From NCBI GenBank assembly GCA_965223415.1, contig OZ245002.1:1216001-1280000 (forward strand): DNA of 64,000 nt, in the 5' to 3' direction. Below, piece by piece: positions 38,727 to 47,582 of the stretch (its first letter is position 1; each line of letters starts with the position of its first letter). A program made the position numbers and the translations under genes. A model generated the notes under the pieces. That model did not search any database and was not told the origin of the DNA. It saw only the letters and a list, made by a program, of their open reading frames with translations. The stretch comes from Myxococcota bacterium. GTDB lineage: Bacteria > Myxococcota_A > UBA9160 > UBA6930.

Positions 38727-40061
38727 CTATGTGACGCCCGCTTGCCAGGCCCTGATGTGCTCGAGGATTCGGGCTGCAGTCTTGTCGAATGGAGGGTGAA
38801 ACACCCGAGGGTTGTGGCGGGACACGAGCCAGGTCACCCGGCTGGCACTGTAGGCGGGAGCGTAGTTCCAAGGTTCCTGAATCAACCACTGCTTGGGCAG
38901 CAGCTCAGGATCGGGGCTGGTCCAAACGTTGACGCCCAGCTCCTTTCGAAGTCGCTTTCGAGAGCCGACCGACCGAATCGAAATCACGACATCCAGACCG
39001 TCGGGGAGGTCCTTCTCGAGCAGCGAGAGAATTCCACCTGCGTAGTCGATGGGGCGGGCGTTCGAATAGCTGACTGCGTGCTGGTCGCGGACGACGTCAG
39101 GGTAGTTGTGGGGCGCGGGCCCGGTTCCTGTCAGGCGAGTGACCGGAAGCCCGCCGAGAGGAAGGTCGCGGACGACACCAGACGTCCTCAGAGCTTCGTT
39201 GAGTCCAGGCACGGGGTGTTTTGTGAAGTTTCGCAGCTTCCAGAAGCCAGTCAGCCAGGACGCACGCGCGAGGATCGAGCCGCGGTGCTCGTTGTTCCCA
39301 GAAAGAACGCCCGCGACCTGCAGCGAGTGGTCTTCCCTTTCAACCATGAATCGAACTCGCTGGACCGCTGTCGTTTCGGCTACATGCGTTCCGAAGAAGC
39401 AGCGGCTCCGCGAGTTGTACATCACCGTCATTTGATCCGCGGGATTCGCGCTGAGGCGGTGCGCGGGAGGGCCTACCGGCCAGGGTCGTTCGAGCGCGGG
39501 AACCGGCTGTTCGATATCGAGCCTAATTCTTGGCTGCTTGAACGCACTTGCGGACATGTCAACGTCGGCGTGGAACGTGGCGAACGGGTACTGGCCAACC
39601 AAGAGAACCCTAGGCCGCGTCACGTCAGCGACTTGTACGAGCACGCCAGAATATTCGAGGCAAGCGGGCGGCTTGAAAAAGGCATTGCGAGCTAGTCGCA
39701 GCCCGCGCCAAGCGAGGCGCGCTACGAGTCGAGGTAGTGAGCCGCTGGTCTCAACGCCAGTCCTACCTCGGGCGACGATCACGGGGATATTTAGGCGTGT
39801 TTCGCCATCCAAGAGCTGCAATAGAAGCGTGTCGCGGAGCCCGACAGAAATGAGCTTGTGGGTGTACGAAAGCGTCCGAGTCTCACCCGGGACGAGCGAC
39901 TCAAGGTACGGGGTAGGAATCCTGAGGGGCTCGGGAATGTGAAATCGCAGATCAGTCAAGGGGGAAACCAGGGCTAGGGGTGAACTAGTGTCGTGTCCCA
40001 GAGGTCCTGTGCGAATCCTACTTGCGTGAGGCCGCCCCTCGCCGTCAAGAGGCGGACTCAA
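38727..40061 (-). CDS. Orphan hypothetical protein (~410-444 aa)
   Basis: Long ORF with protein-like composition; no motif recognised; start may be TTG at 39959. Confidence 0.55.
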   Translation of the reverse strand: MSPPLDGEGRPHASRIRTGPLGHDTSSPLALVSPLTDLRFHIPEPLRIPTPYLESLVPGETRTLSYTHKLISVGLRDTLLLQLLDGETRLNIPVIVARGRTGVETSGSLPRLVARLAWRGLRLARNAFFKPPACLEYSGVLVQVADVTRPRVLLVGQYPFATFHADVDMSASAFKQPRIRLDIEQPVPALERPWPVGPPAHRLSANPADQMTVMYNSRSRCFFGTHVAETTAVQRVRFMVEREDHSLQVAGVLSGNNEHRGSILARASWLTGFWKLRNFTKHPVPGLNEALRTSGVVRDLPLGGLPVTRLTGTGPAPHNYPDVVRDQHAVSYSNARPIDYAGGILSLLEKDLPDGLDVVISIRSVGSRKRLRKELGVNVWTSPDPELLPKQWLIQEPWNYAPAYSASRVTWLVSRHNPRVFHPPFDKTAARILEHIRAWQAGVT

Positions 40062-40107
40062 TAGGAAGCGAACGGCTGGGACACGACACTAGAACCTCTC
40101 CCCTAGC
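39973..40107. repeat. Long inverted repeat / rod-like hairpin
   Basis: Perfect 17-bp IR CTAGTGTCGTGTCCCAG (39985-40001 / 40076-40092) plus outer GCTAGGGG/CCCCTAGC and inner stems. Confidence 0.85.
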
Positions 40108-40429
40108 GGCGAAGAACCTTCTGGACCAGTAGGGTAGTTGCATCCGGATTGCCCTCCAAGTGGAGGTCTCCGGCCCGCAACGTCCCCTACTGGCGGTGCA
40201 CCGCGTCCTAGGTTCTCGCAGCGCAGAGCGCGCGAAGGCCCCTGTTCGACGGAGACCAATCAACAGCAAGCTGCTGACCCCAAACCAGGCTCAAGGGTCC
40301 GTGTACTACGGGAAACCCCTAAATGCCCGCGACCGCAAACCCGTCTGGGCGCTTCGACTCAAGAACGAGGAGCACAGCAGGACGGATGACCCTTGTTGCA
40401 CGTTCCGCGCGGTGGAGTCAAGTCGACGT

Positions 40430-40590
40430 AAACTGGACCGCGGCCTGGTGCGCACGCATCGGGTCATCGCGCACCGGCTCTCGGCCGTGCGGCACGCGAT
40501 TGGCTTCCTCGTGCTGGCTGACGAAGGCATCGCCGACGGGGGCACGCATGACCAACTCCTGCAGCCGAGGGCGCATGCGCACCTAGTTAC
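40430..40590 (+). pseudogene. C-terminal remnant of an ABC exporter ATPase
   Basis: VIAHRLSAVRHAIGFLVLADEGIADGGTHDQLL matches the IAHRLST...GTHDELL tail. Confidence 0.65.
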
Positions 40591-40792
40591 GGACGGGCGA
40601 GCATCTGACCGGGGGTCTAGGGCCCGGACGAACCGAACCTGGGCCTTGGTCTTGGACAGCGAGCCTCTCCCGAGAGGCGCCGCCCAGTGCCGTCCACAGA
40701 CCTGGTGCCGTCGAAACGACCCTCCTGCGCCGCGCTATGCCGCGCTCTGCCACCCGTTAGGAGCTATCCCCGCGCTTCTTCTTGCGTCGGCC

Positions 40793-40842
40793 CCAGGCTT
40801 CGAACCTGGGGGTCGGGGGTTCGAATCCCTCCCGGCGTGCCA
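40793..40842 (+). repeat. attR (duplicated tRNA-Arg 3' part)
   Basis: Identical to 1039-1088. Confidence 0.95.
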
Positions 40843-40853
40843 TAGATTCCGCG

Positions 40854-42148
40854 GTCCATTCCGGGCACATGGTTTACAGATCATTCCGGGGACATGGTTG
40901 ACACTTTCTGGGGCCCGAAGGGGTTCGGGGCGGGCTCGATCCGGCCCTCGTCCTGGTCGAAGAAGCCCAGATCGAAGTCCAGGAAGCTGACGAGCCAGAC
41001 CTGGTCGTCGACCTCGCGGAGGCCCACGGTCTGGCCCGCGAAGACGGTGCTGAGATTGATCTTGCGGCGTCCGAGGCAGATCCGACCGCACTGGGTGACC
41101 CGGACGGATCGGTCGTGGAACGGGTACTCGGGCTCCCCGGGCGGCTCGTAGGCGCGCGGCGAAGGTGTATAGACGTCGCCGGGGTACGCCCCGTCCAGGG
41201 CCTGGTGCGGTCGCTCGTGATTGTAAACGCCTGTGAACCGGTCGAAGCGCTCCTGCTGCTGCAGGAAGTTGAACGACGCGGGCTTGGTGGCTTCTTTCTT
41301 GAGCGTGAGATGCATGCGTTCGTGCCGTCCGTTCTGCTGGGGGCAGCCCGGCTTGATGCGCTGGATCTGGATGCCGAGCTTGAGCCACCAGATCGAGAGC
41401 TTCGAGAGACCGAAGAGTGCGTTGGGCGACGCGAAGGGAACCCCGTTGTCGGTGCGGATCGCCGTCGGCAGCCCGAAGTCCTTGAAGGTCCTCTCGAAGA
41501 CGGAGAAGGCGAAGTCCGACCGCGTCGACGAGAGACCCTCGCAGGCGAGTAGGTAGCGCGTTCGGTAGTCGGTGATCGTCAGCGGGTAGCAGTACTGCTT
41601 GCTGCCGAGCATGAACTCGCCCTTGAAGTCTGCGCACCACAGGCCGTTCGGAGCGTGGGCCGCCTTGAGCTCCGTGCCCTTGGCCTTGTGGCGTCTCCGC
41701 TTCCGCCGCTTGACCAGTCCGTTGCGATCCAGCACGGCATGCACCGTGCTCACCGCGGGCGGTTTGATCATCGGGAAGTCGCGGATCAGCTTGTCGCGGA
41801 TCTTCGGAGCCCCCCAGGAGGGGTACTCCTTCTTGATCCCCAGGATCGCGCGTTCGACCTGGTACGGCAGCTGGTTGGCGTGGCGATAGGGCCGGCGGGA
41901 GCGGTCGTTCAGGCCCTCGAGGCCGCAGGTCTTGTAGCGCTCGTAGATCTTGTACCCGGTGACCCGGGAGATCCCGAACTCGCGGCAGAGCGGCGCCATC
42001 TTCTCGCCATCGAGGAGCCGGGCCACGAATCGGAGTCGTTCGCCCACCTTGCAACACTCCTTCCACGGCACCTTTGCTCCCCTCGCAGAGCGCCAGAAGT
42101 GTTACCTATGTGCCCGGAATCAAGTGTCACCCCTCTCTCGGGAGGCTC
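40854..42148 (-). mobile_element. IS481-family insertion sequence (ends approximate)
   Basis: Subterminal repeats ATTCCGGGCACAT at 40858 and inverted ending at 42120; single DDE transposase. Confidence 0.85.
40881..42071 (-). CDS. IS481 transposase
   Basis: MPWKE...LCREFGISRVTGYK; WCADFKG, RTDNG, NGRHERMH. Confidence 0.95.
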   Translation of the reverse strand: MPWKECCKVGERLRFVARLLDGEKMAPLCREFGISRVTGYKIYERYKTCGLEGLNDRSRRPYRHANQLPYQVERAILGIKKEYPSWGAPKIRDKLIRDFPMIKPPAVSTVHAVLDRNGLVKRRKRRRHKAKGTELKAAHAPNGLWCADFKGEFMLGSKQYCYPLTITDYRTRYLLACEGLSSTRSDFAFSVFERTFKDFGLPTAIRTDNGVPFASPNALFGLSKLSIWWLKLGIQIQRIKPGCPQQNGRHERMHLTLKKEATKPASFNFLQQQERFDRFTGVYNHERPHQALDGAYPGDVYTPSPRAYEPPGEPEYPFHDRSVRVTQCGRICLGRRKINLSTVFAGQTVGLREVDDQVWLVSFLDFDLGFFDQDEGRIEPAPNPFGPQKVSTMSPE

Positions 42149-42333
42149 GCGGCACTCCGGCGACCCTGTCTTGGGAAGCACATCGGCGTTTGGCGGCCTG
42201 GAGTCCTACCGGGAAGATCCGCACCAGGCTATGGGTTCGTCGGTGGTAGTCGCGCTCACTCTCGACGTCATGCTCGAGGCCGAGCGCCGGATCGATGCCG
42301 CCGCCTGACGAGGACCAACGTCGGGGTCTACCT

Positions 42334-43185
42334 TCACCCCTTCGGTACCAGCAGCGGCTCCGCGTTGTCCAGGAACTCCTGACGCGGCGGGCCTCCCATC
42401 ATCCCGATGATCATCTCGGCGTCGGCTCCGACGGGGTTGTGGACTGGAGTCTCGGTGGTGGCGCACTCGTAGATCTTGTCCGCGACCTCCTGCGGGTCGG
42501 CGGTGTCGCCGCCCTGCTGGCTGACGGAGGCCAGGAAGTGCTCACGCAGTCTCTTCGCGTGGTCGACGAGCTCCGGGGGGCCGGCAGCCGCGTCGTTGGA
42601 ATGCGCGTTCGCGTTTAGGTCCGTGCTGACGTAGGCGCCCGGCGCGACGGTCTTCGCCCGAAGGCCGAACCCCTTCAACTCGAAGGCCAACGCTTCGGTC
42701 ATCCCTTCTACCGCGTACTTGGTCCCGCAGTAGCTGGTCTCTAGGGGTAGACCCATCAGCCCGGCCATCGAAGTGATGTTGATGATGCACCCGTCCTTTC
42801 GCTTCCGCATGTGCGGAAGGACGGCGCGGCATACGTTCATGACGCCGAAGACGTTGGTCTCGTACATCTCTCGGGTCAGCTTGTCGGTCGACTGCTCGAG
42901 CAGCGCGTACCCACTGTGCGCGGCGTTGTTGACGACGACGTCGATGGCACCGAAACGCTCGAGACCTTCCTCAACGGCCTGCCGGATGCTCGCCTGGTCG
43001 GTCACGTCGAGTCGGGTGACGAGCACGCCGTCGAGCTGCGTGAGCTCGGTCTCGCGCTCTGGCGTTCGCATCGTGGCGATCACGTTCCAGCCCTTGGCTT
43101 GGAACGTCCGAGCGGTGAGCGCTCCGATTCCGCTCGAGCAACCGGTAATCAGTACCGTTTTATTGTCCATCGTGTGTTCTCCCAT
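42334..43185 (-). CDS. Short-chain dehydrogenase/reductase
   Basis: TGCSSGIG, NNA, YCGTK. Confidence 0.93.
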   Translation of the reverse strand: MGEHTMDNKTVLITGCSSGIGALTARTFQAKGWNVIATMRTPERETELTQLDGVLVTRLDVTDQASIRQAVEEGLERFGAIDVVVNNAAHSGYALLEQSTDKLTREMYETNVFGVMNVCRAVLPHMRKRKDGCIINITSMAGLMGLPLETSYCGTKYAVEGMTEALAFELKGFGLRAKTVAPGAYVSTDLNANAHSNDAAAGPPELVDHAKRLREHFLASVSQQGGDTADPQEVADKIYECATTETPVHNPVGADAEMIIGMMGGPPRQEFLDNAEPLLVPKG

Positions 43186-43678
43186 GGTGTTCGAAGTCGG
43201 GCCCGCATACGGCCCCCCAAGCGCGCTCCATGCCCGCCCCTTCAGTCGAGGTCGATCACCACCAGCGTTCCCGTCCAGGAGGGCGCGGTGGGGCGCAGTC
43301 TCTCGAAGACGGAGGTGCGCAGCTCCGGATCGTCCTCCACGGCCCGCATGTGGCCCTCGAGGGTCTCCCCGCGAACCAGAACTCGGCCGCGTCCGCCGTC
43401 ACCGCGCAGTTCCCGCCACCACGGGAAGTCTGCCGCGGCGTACACGGTTCCACCGTCTCGTAGGTAGTTCACCGGGATCTCCTTGCCCGACGGCAAGGTC
43501 AGGGGCATCACCTTTGTCATTTCTCACGGGCATGACTCACCTTTTCTCACGGGCATGACCCAGGCCTGACCGCGGTTTTCTCACGAGCATGACCCACCCC
43601 AGATGGGGGGGGCTCAGGAGGAGGCCGGTCCCGTGGCCGACCCAGGCCATTCTGCGGCGCCAGAGGAGGCGCAGGCAG

Positions 43679-45391
43679 ATGGCGTATCGCGAGGTCGGCA
43701 TGTGGGAGATTCTGGAGGTGCTCCGCCGGGCGCACCGAGGCGAGAGCCAGGTGGCGATGGCGCGGGCCACGGGGCACACGCGCAAGACGATCCGGCGCTA
43801 CGTGCAAGTCGCCGGGGAGCTGGGCTGGGTCGCCAGGGGGCCGAGGGAGCCGGATGAGGCCCTGGCCCAAGGGGTGGCGGCTCGGGTGCGGCCTGTGCCC
43901 ACGCAGCGCGACGCGGGAGAGAGCGAGGCGCAGCTGGCGCCGCATGCCGACCGGATCCGAGCGTGGCTCCAGCCCGAGGCGGGTGGCCGAGGACTGCGGC
44001 TGACGAAGGTCTACGACCTGCTCGGGCGCGAGGGCGTGCGCGTCCCCTACAGCTCGCTCCACCGCTTCGCGGTCCGCCACTGCGGGTTCCAAGACCGGCG
44101 CCGGGTGACGGTGCGCATGGCGGCGGTGGCCCCCGGCGAGCTCGCCGAGGTCGACTTCGGCCGCCTCGGCATGGTCTGGGATCCGGAGACCGGGCGCCGC
44201 CGCACCGTTCATGCCCTGATCGTCACCCTCGTCCATAGCCGCCACCAGTACGTCCACGTGACCTACGGCCAGAAGCTCCCCGATCTGCTCGAGGGGCTCG
44301 AGGACGCCTGGGCGTTCTTCGGCGGGGTCCCGGTGCGCGTGGTGCTGGACAATCTGAAGGCGGCCGTCACGAAGGCCGACCGCTACGAGCCGATCTTCCA
44401 GCGCACCTTCGCCGAGTACGCCCACTACCGCGGCTTCGTCATCGATGCCGCCGTGCCTCGGCATCCCAAGGGCAAGCCCCACGTCGAGCGCCAGGTGCAG
44501 TACGTGCGCGAGCGCTTCTTCCGTGGCGAGCAGTGGCTGGGACGCGACCACGTGCAGCGCGAGGCCGCGCGCTGGTGCCTGGAGGTCGCCGGCCAGCGCA
44601 CTCACGGGACGACGCGCAAGAGGCCCCTGGCCGTCTTCGAGAACACGGAGAAGCCGGCTCTGCAGCCCCTCGTGCGCCCGCGCTTCGATCCGCCCACCTG
44701 GGCCGAGGCGAAGGTCCACCCCGACCACCACGTCCAGTTCCAAAAGGCCTTCTACACCGTGCCCACCCGCCACGTGGGCAAGCGCGTCTGGGTTCGCGGC
44801 GACTCGAAGCTCATCCGCATGTACGTCGACGGCGAGTGCATCAAGACCCACGAGCGCGTGGACCCTGGCTGCCGCTCCACCGACTACCACGACTATCCGC
44901 CCGAGCGTGCCCCCTACGCCATGCGGGACCCGGAAGCGGCGATCCGCCAGGCGCGCGACCAGGGGCCTCACATTGGGCGCTTCGCCGAGAAGCTCCTGGC
45001 CGGCCCCTTCCCCTGGTCCAAGCTCCGCCAGGCCCAGAAGCTGCTTCGCCTCGGCCACAAGTACGGCCTGCCGCGCGTCGACGCCGGCTGCCGCAGGGCC
45101 CTCGCCTTCGACCTCATCAACACGAAGCGCCTCGAACGCATCGTGGCCGAAGGCATCCAGCCGCTCGGCGACCCCAGCACCCCCGGACAGCTCCTGCTCC
45201 TGCCGCCCCGTTTCCTGCGCCCGCAAGGGCACTTCACCCACCCCAACGACAACCCCGACAAGGAGACCACCCCCCATGACGACCGAGATCAACCCGTCCC
45301 TCAAGACCCTGCTCAAACGCCTGAAGCTCTCGGGCATGCTGGCCACGCTCCCCGATCGCGTGGCCTACACCCGGAAGACGAAGCTCCCTGA
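43679..45391 (+). CDS. istA: IS21 transposase IstA
   Basis: PGELAEVDFG, VVLDNLKAAV, KPHVERQV. Confidence 0.94.
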   Translation: MAYREVGMWEILEVLRRAHRGESQVAMARATGHTRKTIRRYVQVAGELGWVARGPREPDEALAQGVAARVRPVPTQRDAGESEAQLAPHADRIRAWLQPEAGGRGLRLTKVYDLLGREGVRVPYSSLHRFAVRHCGFQDRRRVTVRMAAVAPGELAEVDFGRLGMVWDPETGRRRTVHALIVTLVHSRHQYVHVTYGQKLPDLLEGLEDAWAFFGGVPVRVVLDNLKAAVTKADRYEPIFQRTFAEYAHYRGFVIDAAVPRHPKGKPHVERQVQYVRERFFRGEQWLGRDHVQREAARWCLEVAGQRTHGTTRKRPLAVFENTEKPALQPLVRPRFDPPTWAEAKVHPDHHVQFQKAFYTVPTRHVGKRVWVRGDSKLIRMYVDGECIKTHERVDPGCRSTDYHDYPPERAPYAMRDPEAAIRQARDQGPHIGRFAEKLLAGPFPWSKLRQAQKLLRLGHKYGLPRVDAGCRRALAFDLINTKRLERIVAEGIQPLGDPSTPGQLLLLPPRFLRPQGHFTHPNDNPDKETTPHDDRDQPVPQDPAQTPEALGHAGHAPRSRGLHPEDEAP

Positions 45392-46082
45392 GCTCGACCT
45401 CCTGGAGCTCGTCCTTCAGGACGAAGTCGATCGCCGCGACCACAAGAACCTCGAGACGCGCCTTTCCCGCGCCGGCTTCGAGGAAGAGCAGACCCTCGAG
45501 GCCTTCGACTGGGATGCCCCCGTCACCTTCGATCGCGATCGCGTGAAGGACCTCTTCTCCCTCGGCTTCCTCGAGCGCCACGAGGACGTCATCCTGCTCG
45601 GCCCCGTGGGCGTGGGCAAGACCTTCCTGGCCTCCGCCCTGGGACACGCCGCCTGCCGGGCCGGGCACCACGTCCTCTTCCTCCGCGTCGACCGCATGTT
45701 CCACTGGCTCCACCAGTCGCGAGCCGACCTCTCGACCGAGAAGGTCTTCCGACGCCTCCTCGCCCCGGACCTCCTCGTCCTCGACGACTTCGGCCTCCGG
45801 CGCCTCTCCGCCGAGCAGTCGAGCGATCTCTACGAGGTCGTCCTCGAACGCCACCGCCGCGCTTCGACGATCGTCACCAGCAACCGCGCCATCGAGGAAT
45901 GGATCCCCCTCTTCGACGACCCCATCCTGGCCCAGAGCGCCCTCGACCGCCTCGCCCACAACGCCTACCAGCTCGTCATCGAGGGCGAGAGCTACCGCAA
46001 GCAACAGCGCCCCGGCGAAATGCCGACCCACACCCCCGCCAATCCCCAGCGCCGAAGCCGCCGCCGAACCCGCGTCCGCTGA
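45276..46082 (+). CDS. istB: IS21 helper ATPase IstB
   Basis: GPVGVGKT, LVLDDFG, TSNR, ALDRLAH. Confidence 0.95.
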   Translation: MTTEINPSLKTLLKRLKLSGMLATLPDRVAYTRKTKLPELDLLELVLQDEVDRRDHKNLETRLSRAGFEEEQTLEAFDWDAPVTFDRDRVKDLFSLGFLERHEDVILLGPVGVGKTFLASALGHAACRAGHHVLFLRVDRMFHWLHQSRADLSTEKVFRRLLAPDLLVLDDFGLRRLSAEQSSDLYEVVLERHRRASTIVTSNRAIEEWIPLFDDPILAQSALDRLAHNAYQLVIEGESYRKQQRPGEMPTHTPANPQRRSRRRTRVR

Positions 46083-46440
46083 CGCCAAACAAGGAGCGTG
46101 CTACCTCATCCACCGGCCCGGGACCCATGGGTCAACCCCGTGAGAATACCTGGGTCATGCCCGCGGGAATCGACAACCTTCCGGGCGCGCTCTCCGTCCG
46201 GGTCTTCGCGTAGCTCGCGGACCACGCCCGCGTTCCCGCACGCCGAGAGGAAGGAGGCGGCGCCGAGGAGAAGTCCCAGCGCGCTGGCGGCGAGCCACTT
46301 GTTGGTGCTTCTTGCCCGTTCCGTTCCGGCCGTCGGGTCGATGCCTGCCGAGTGACTCTTCATGGGCTTGTCCTCCTGTCCGTGAGTCCCATCCCCGCTC
46401 CGCTTCTCCGCAGCAGATGGACCCTCCGAGGGTAAAATAG

Positions 46441-46475
46441 GTGACCGATGGTTTTCCATTAGATGACCGGTGGTC
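46441..46475. promoter_or_regulatory. Candidate TetR operator pair
   Basis: GTGACCGATGGTT and ATGACCGGTGGTC in the divergent intergenic region. Confidence 0.5.
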
Positions 46476-46505
46476 TCTTGTCAATCCCCCGTCTAACCTT
46501 CCTGC

Positions 46506-47210
46506 ATGACGAGTCCCAATGACGAAATCGAGGCCGTTCCGCACAGCCCGGACTGGCAGCGGGCCCGCCGCCCGGAACAGAAGAAGCAGCGGCGCGACGC
46601 CATCACGACTGCGGCCCGCTCGCTACTCGATGAGGCCGGCGTCGACGGAACGACGCTGTCGGAGATCGCCCGCCGAGCCGGGCTCTCCAAAGCCAACTGC
46701 TACCGATACTTCGAGACGCGGGAAGCAATCCTGTTGGAGCTCGCCATCGACGAGGCGCGCGTGTGGAGCGTGGCCCTTCGGGCAAGCCTCGCGCCGCTCT
46801 CGGGCTCGGGCGACGTAGTGGCCGTTGCGAACGCGCTCGCTCACACGACGGCGGATCATCCAAGGCTGTGCTCTCTGCTCAGCGCTCTGTCCTCGGTGCT
46901 CGAGCACAATGTCAGCGTGGGCGCCGTCGCCGACTTCAAGCGGACTTTCAACGGTCTGATCTTCGGAACGACGGACGCATTCCATTCCACCTTGCCGATG
47001 CTGGCCGTCGAACAGCTCGAGACGTTCCTGCGCCTGACGGGCCCGTTCATCGCGGGCATCTGGCCCAACGCAAACCCGCCTCCGGCCGTGGCGGAGGTCC
47101 TGGCGCGAGAGGAGTTCGCATCATGGAGCGTCCAGTTCGAGCCTACACTCGCAGCCCACACCCGCCTATTGCTGACCGGGCTCCTCGCCGAAGCGCGGAA
47201 CGTACGCTGA
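46506..47210 (+). CDS. TetR-family regulator
   Basis: TTLSEIARRAGLSKANCYRYFETRE. Confidence 0.93.
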   Translation: MTSPNDEIEAVPHSPDWQRARRPEQKKQRRDAITTAARSLLDEAGVDGTTLSEIARRAGLSKANCYRYFETREAILLELAIDEARVWSVALRASLAPLSGSGDVVAVANALAHTTADHPRLCSLLSALSSVLEHNVSVGAVADFKRTFNGLIFGTTDAFHSTLPMLAVEQLETFLRLTGPFIAGIWPNANPPPAVAEVLAREEFASWSVQFEPTLAAHTRLLLTGLLAEARNVR

Positions 47211-47582
47211 TCCTCTCGCCGTTCCTGGCTGATCGCTGGTGACTGCGCGGTACGCGCGGAGTTGCCACGAGCTTCCGCTCGAACCTCGCGGAGAACGACC
47301 AAGGACAGCTCTCGAGGCGCACACATCCGCTCGGAGCTGTTGGCCCGGTCCTTCCGATGCAGCCGCATTGCGGCGGGTCGCCGCGCGACGCACGACGCAC
47401 GACGCACGAGCTGGTCACACGCATCGGCTGCCGCGTTGGATGCGAATATGTCCGAGCTTTCGGCAAAAGCGCAGCTCGAACCGCCGATACCTGACGAGTC
47501 GACCGCGGCACCGAGCGCGGCTGGTCGAGGCGACCCCCTTGGCAGTGCCACACGCATCGGGTGGACATGCAAGACTGTAGGC

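Larger units (their letters stand above)
43515..46175 (+). mobile_element. IS21-family insertion sequence (2661 bp)
   Basis: TGTC...GACA ends with reiterated TTCTCACGGGCATGAC repeats; 5-bp TSD ACCTT (43510-43514 and 46176-46180). Confidence 0.96.
43242..46363 (-). pseudogene. Split-barrel deazaflavin(F420)-dependent nitroreductase-like gene interrupted by IS21
   Basis: Removing the IS joins ...ERARK-V-MPLTLPSGKEIPVNY...WWRELRG in frame. Confidence 0.75.

Noticed and set aside
38289..39695. 468-aa plus-strand ORF
   Set aside because: Reads as the antisense shadow of minus-strand genes
40793..40842. Second tRNA-Arg gene
   Set aside because: Lacks the 5' acceptor strand and D-arm; it is attR
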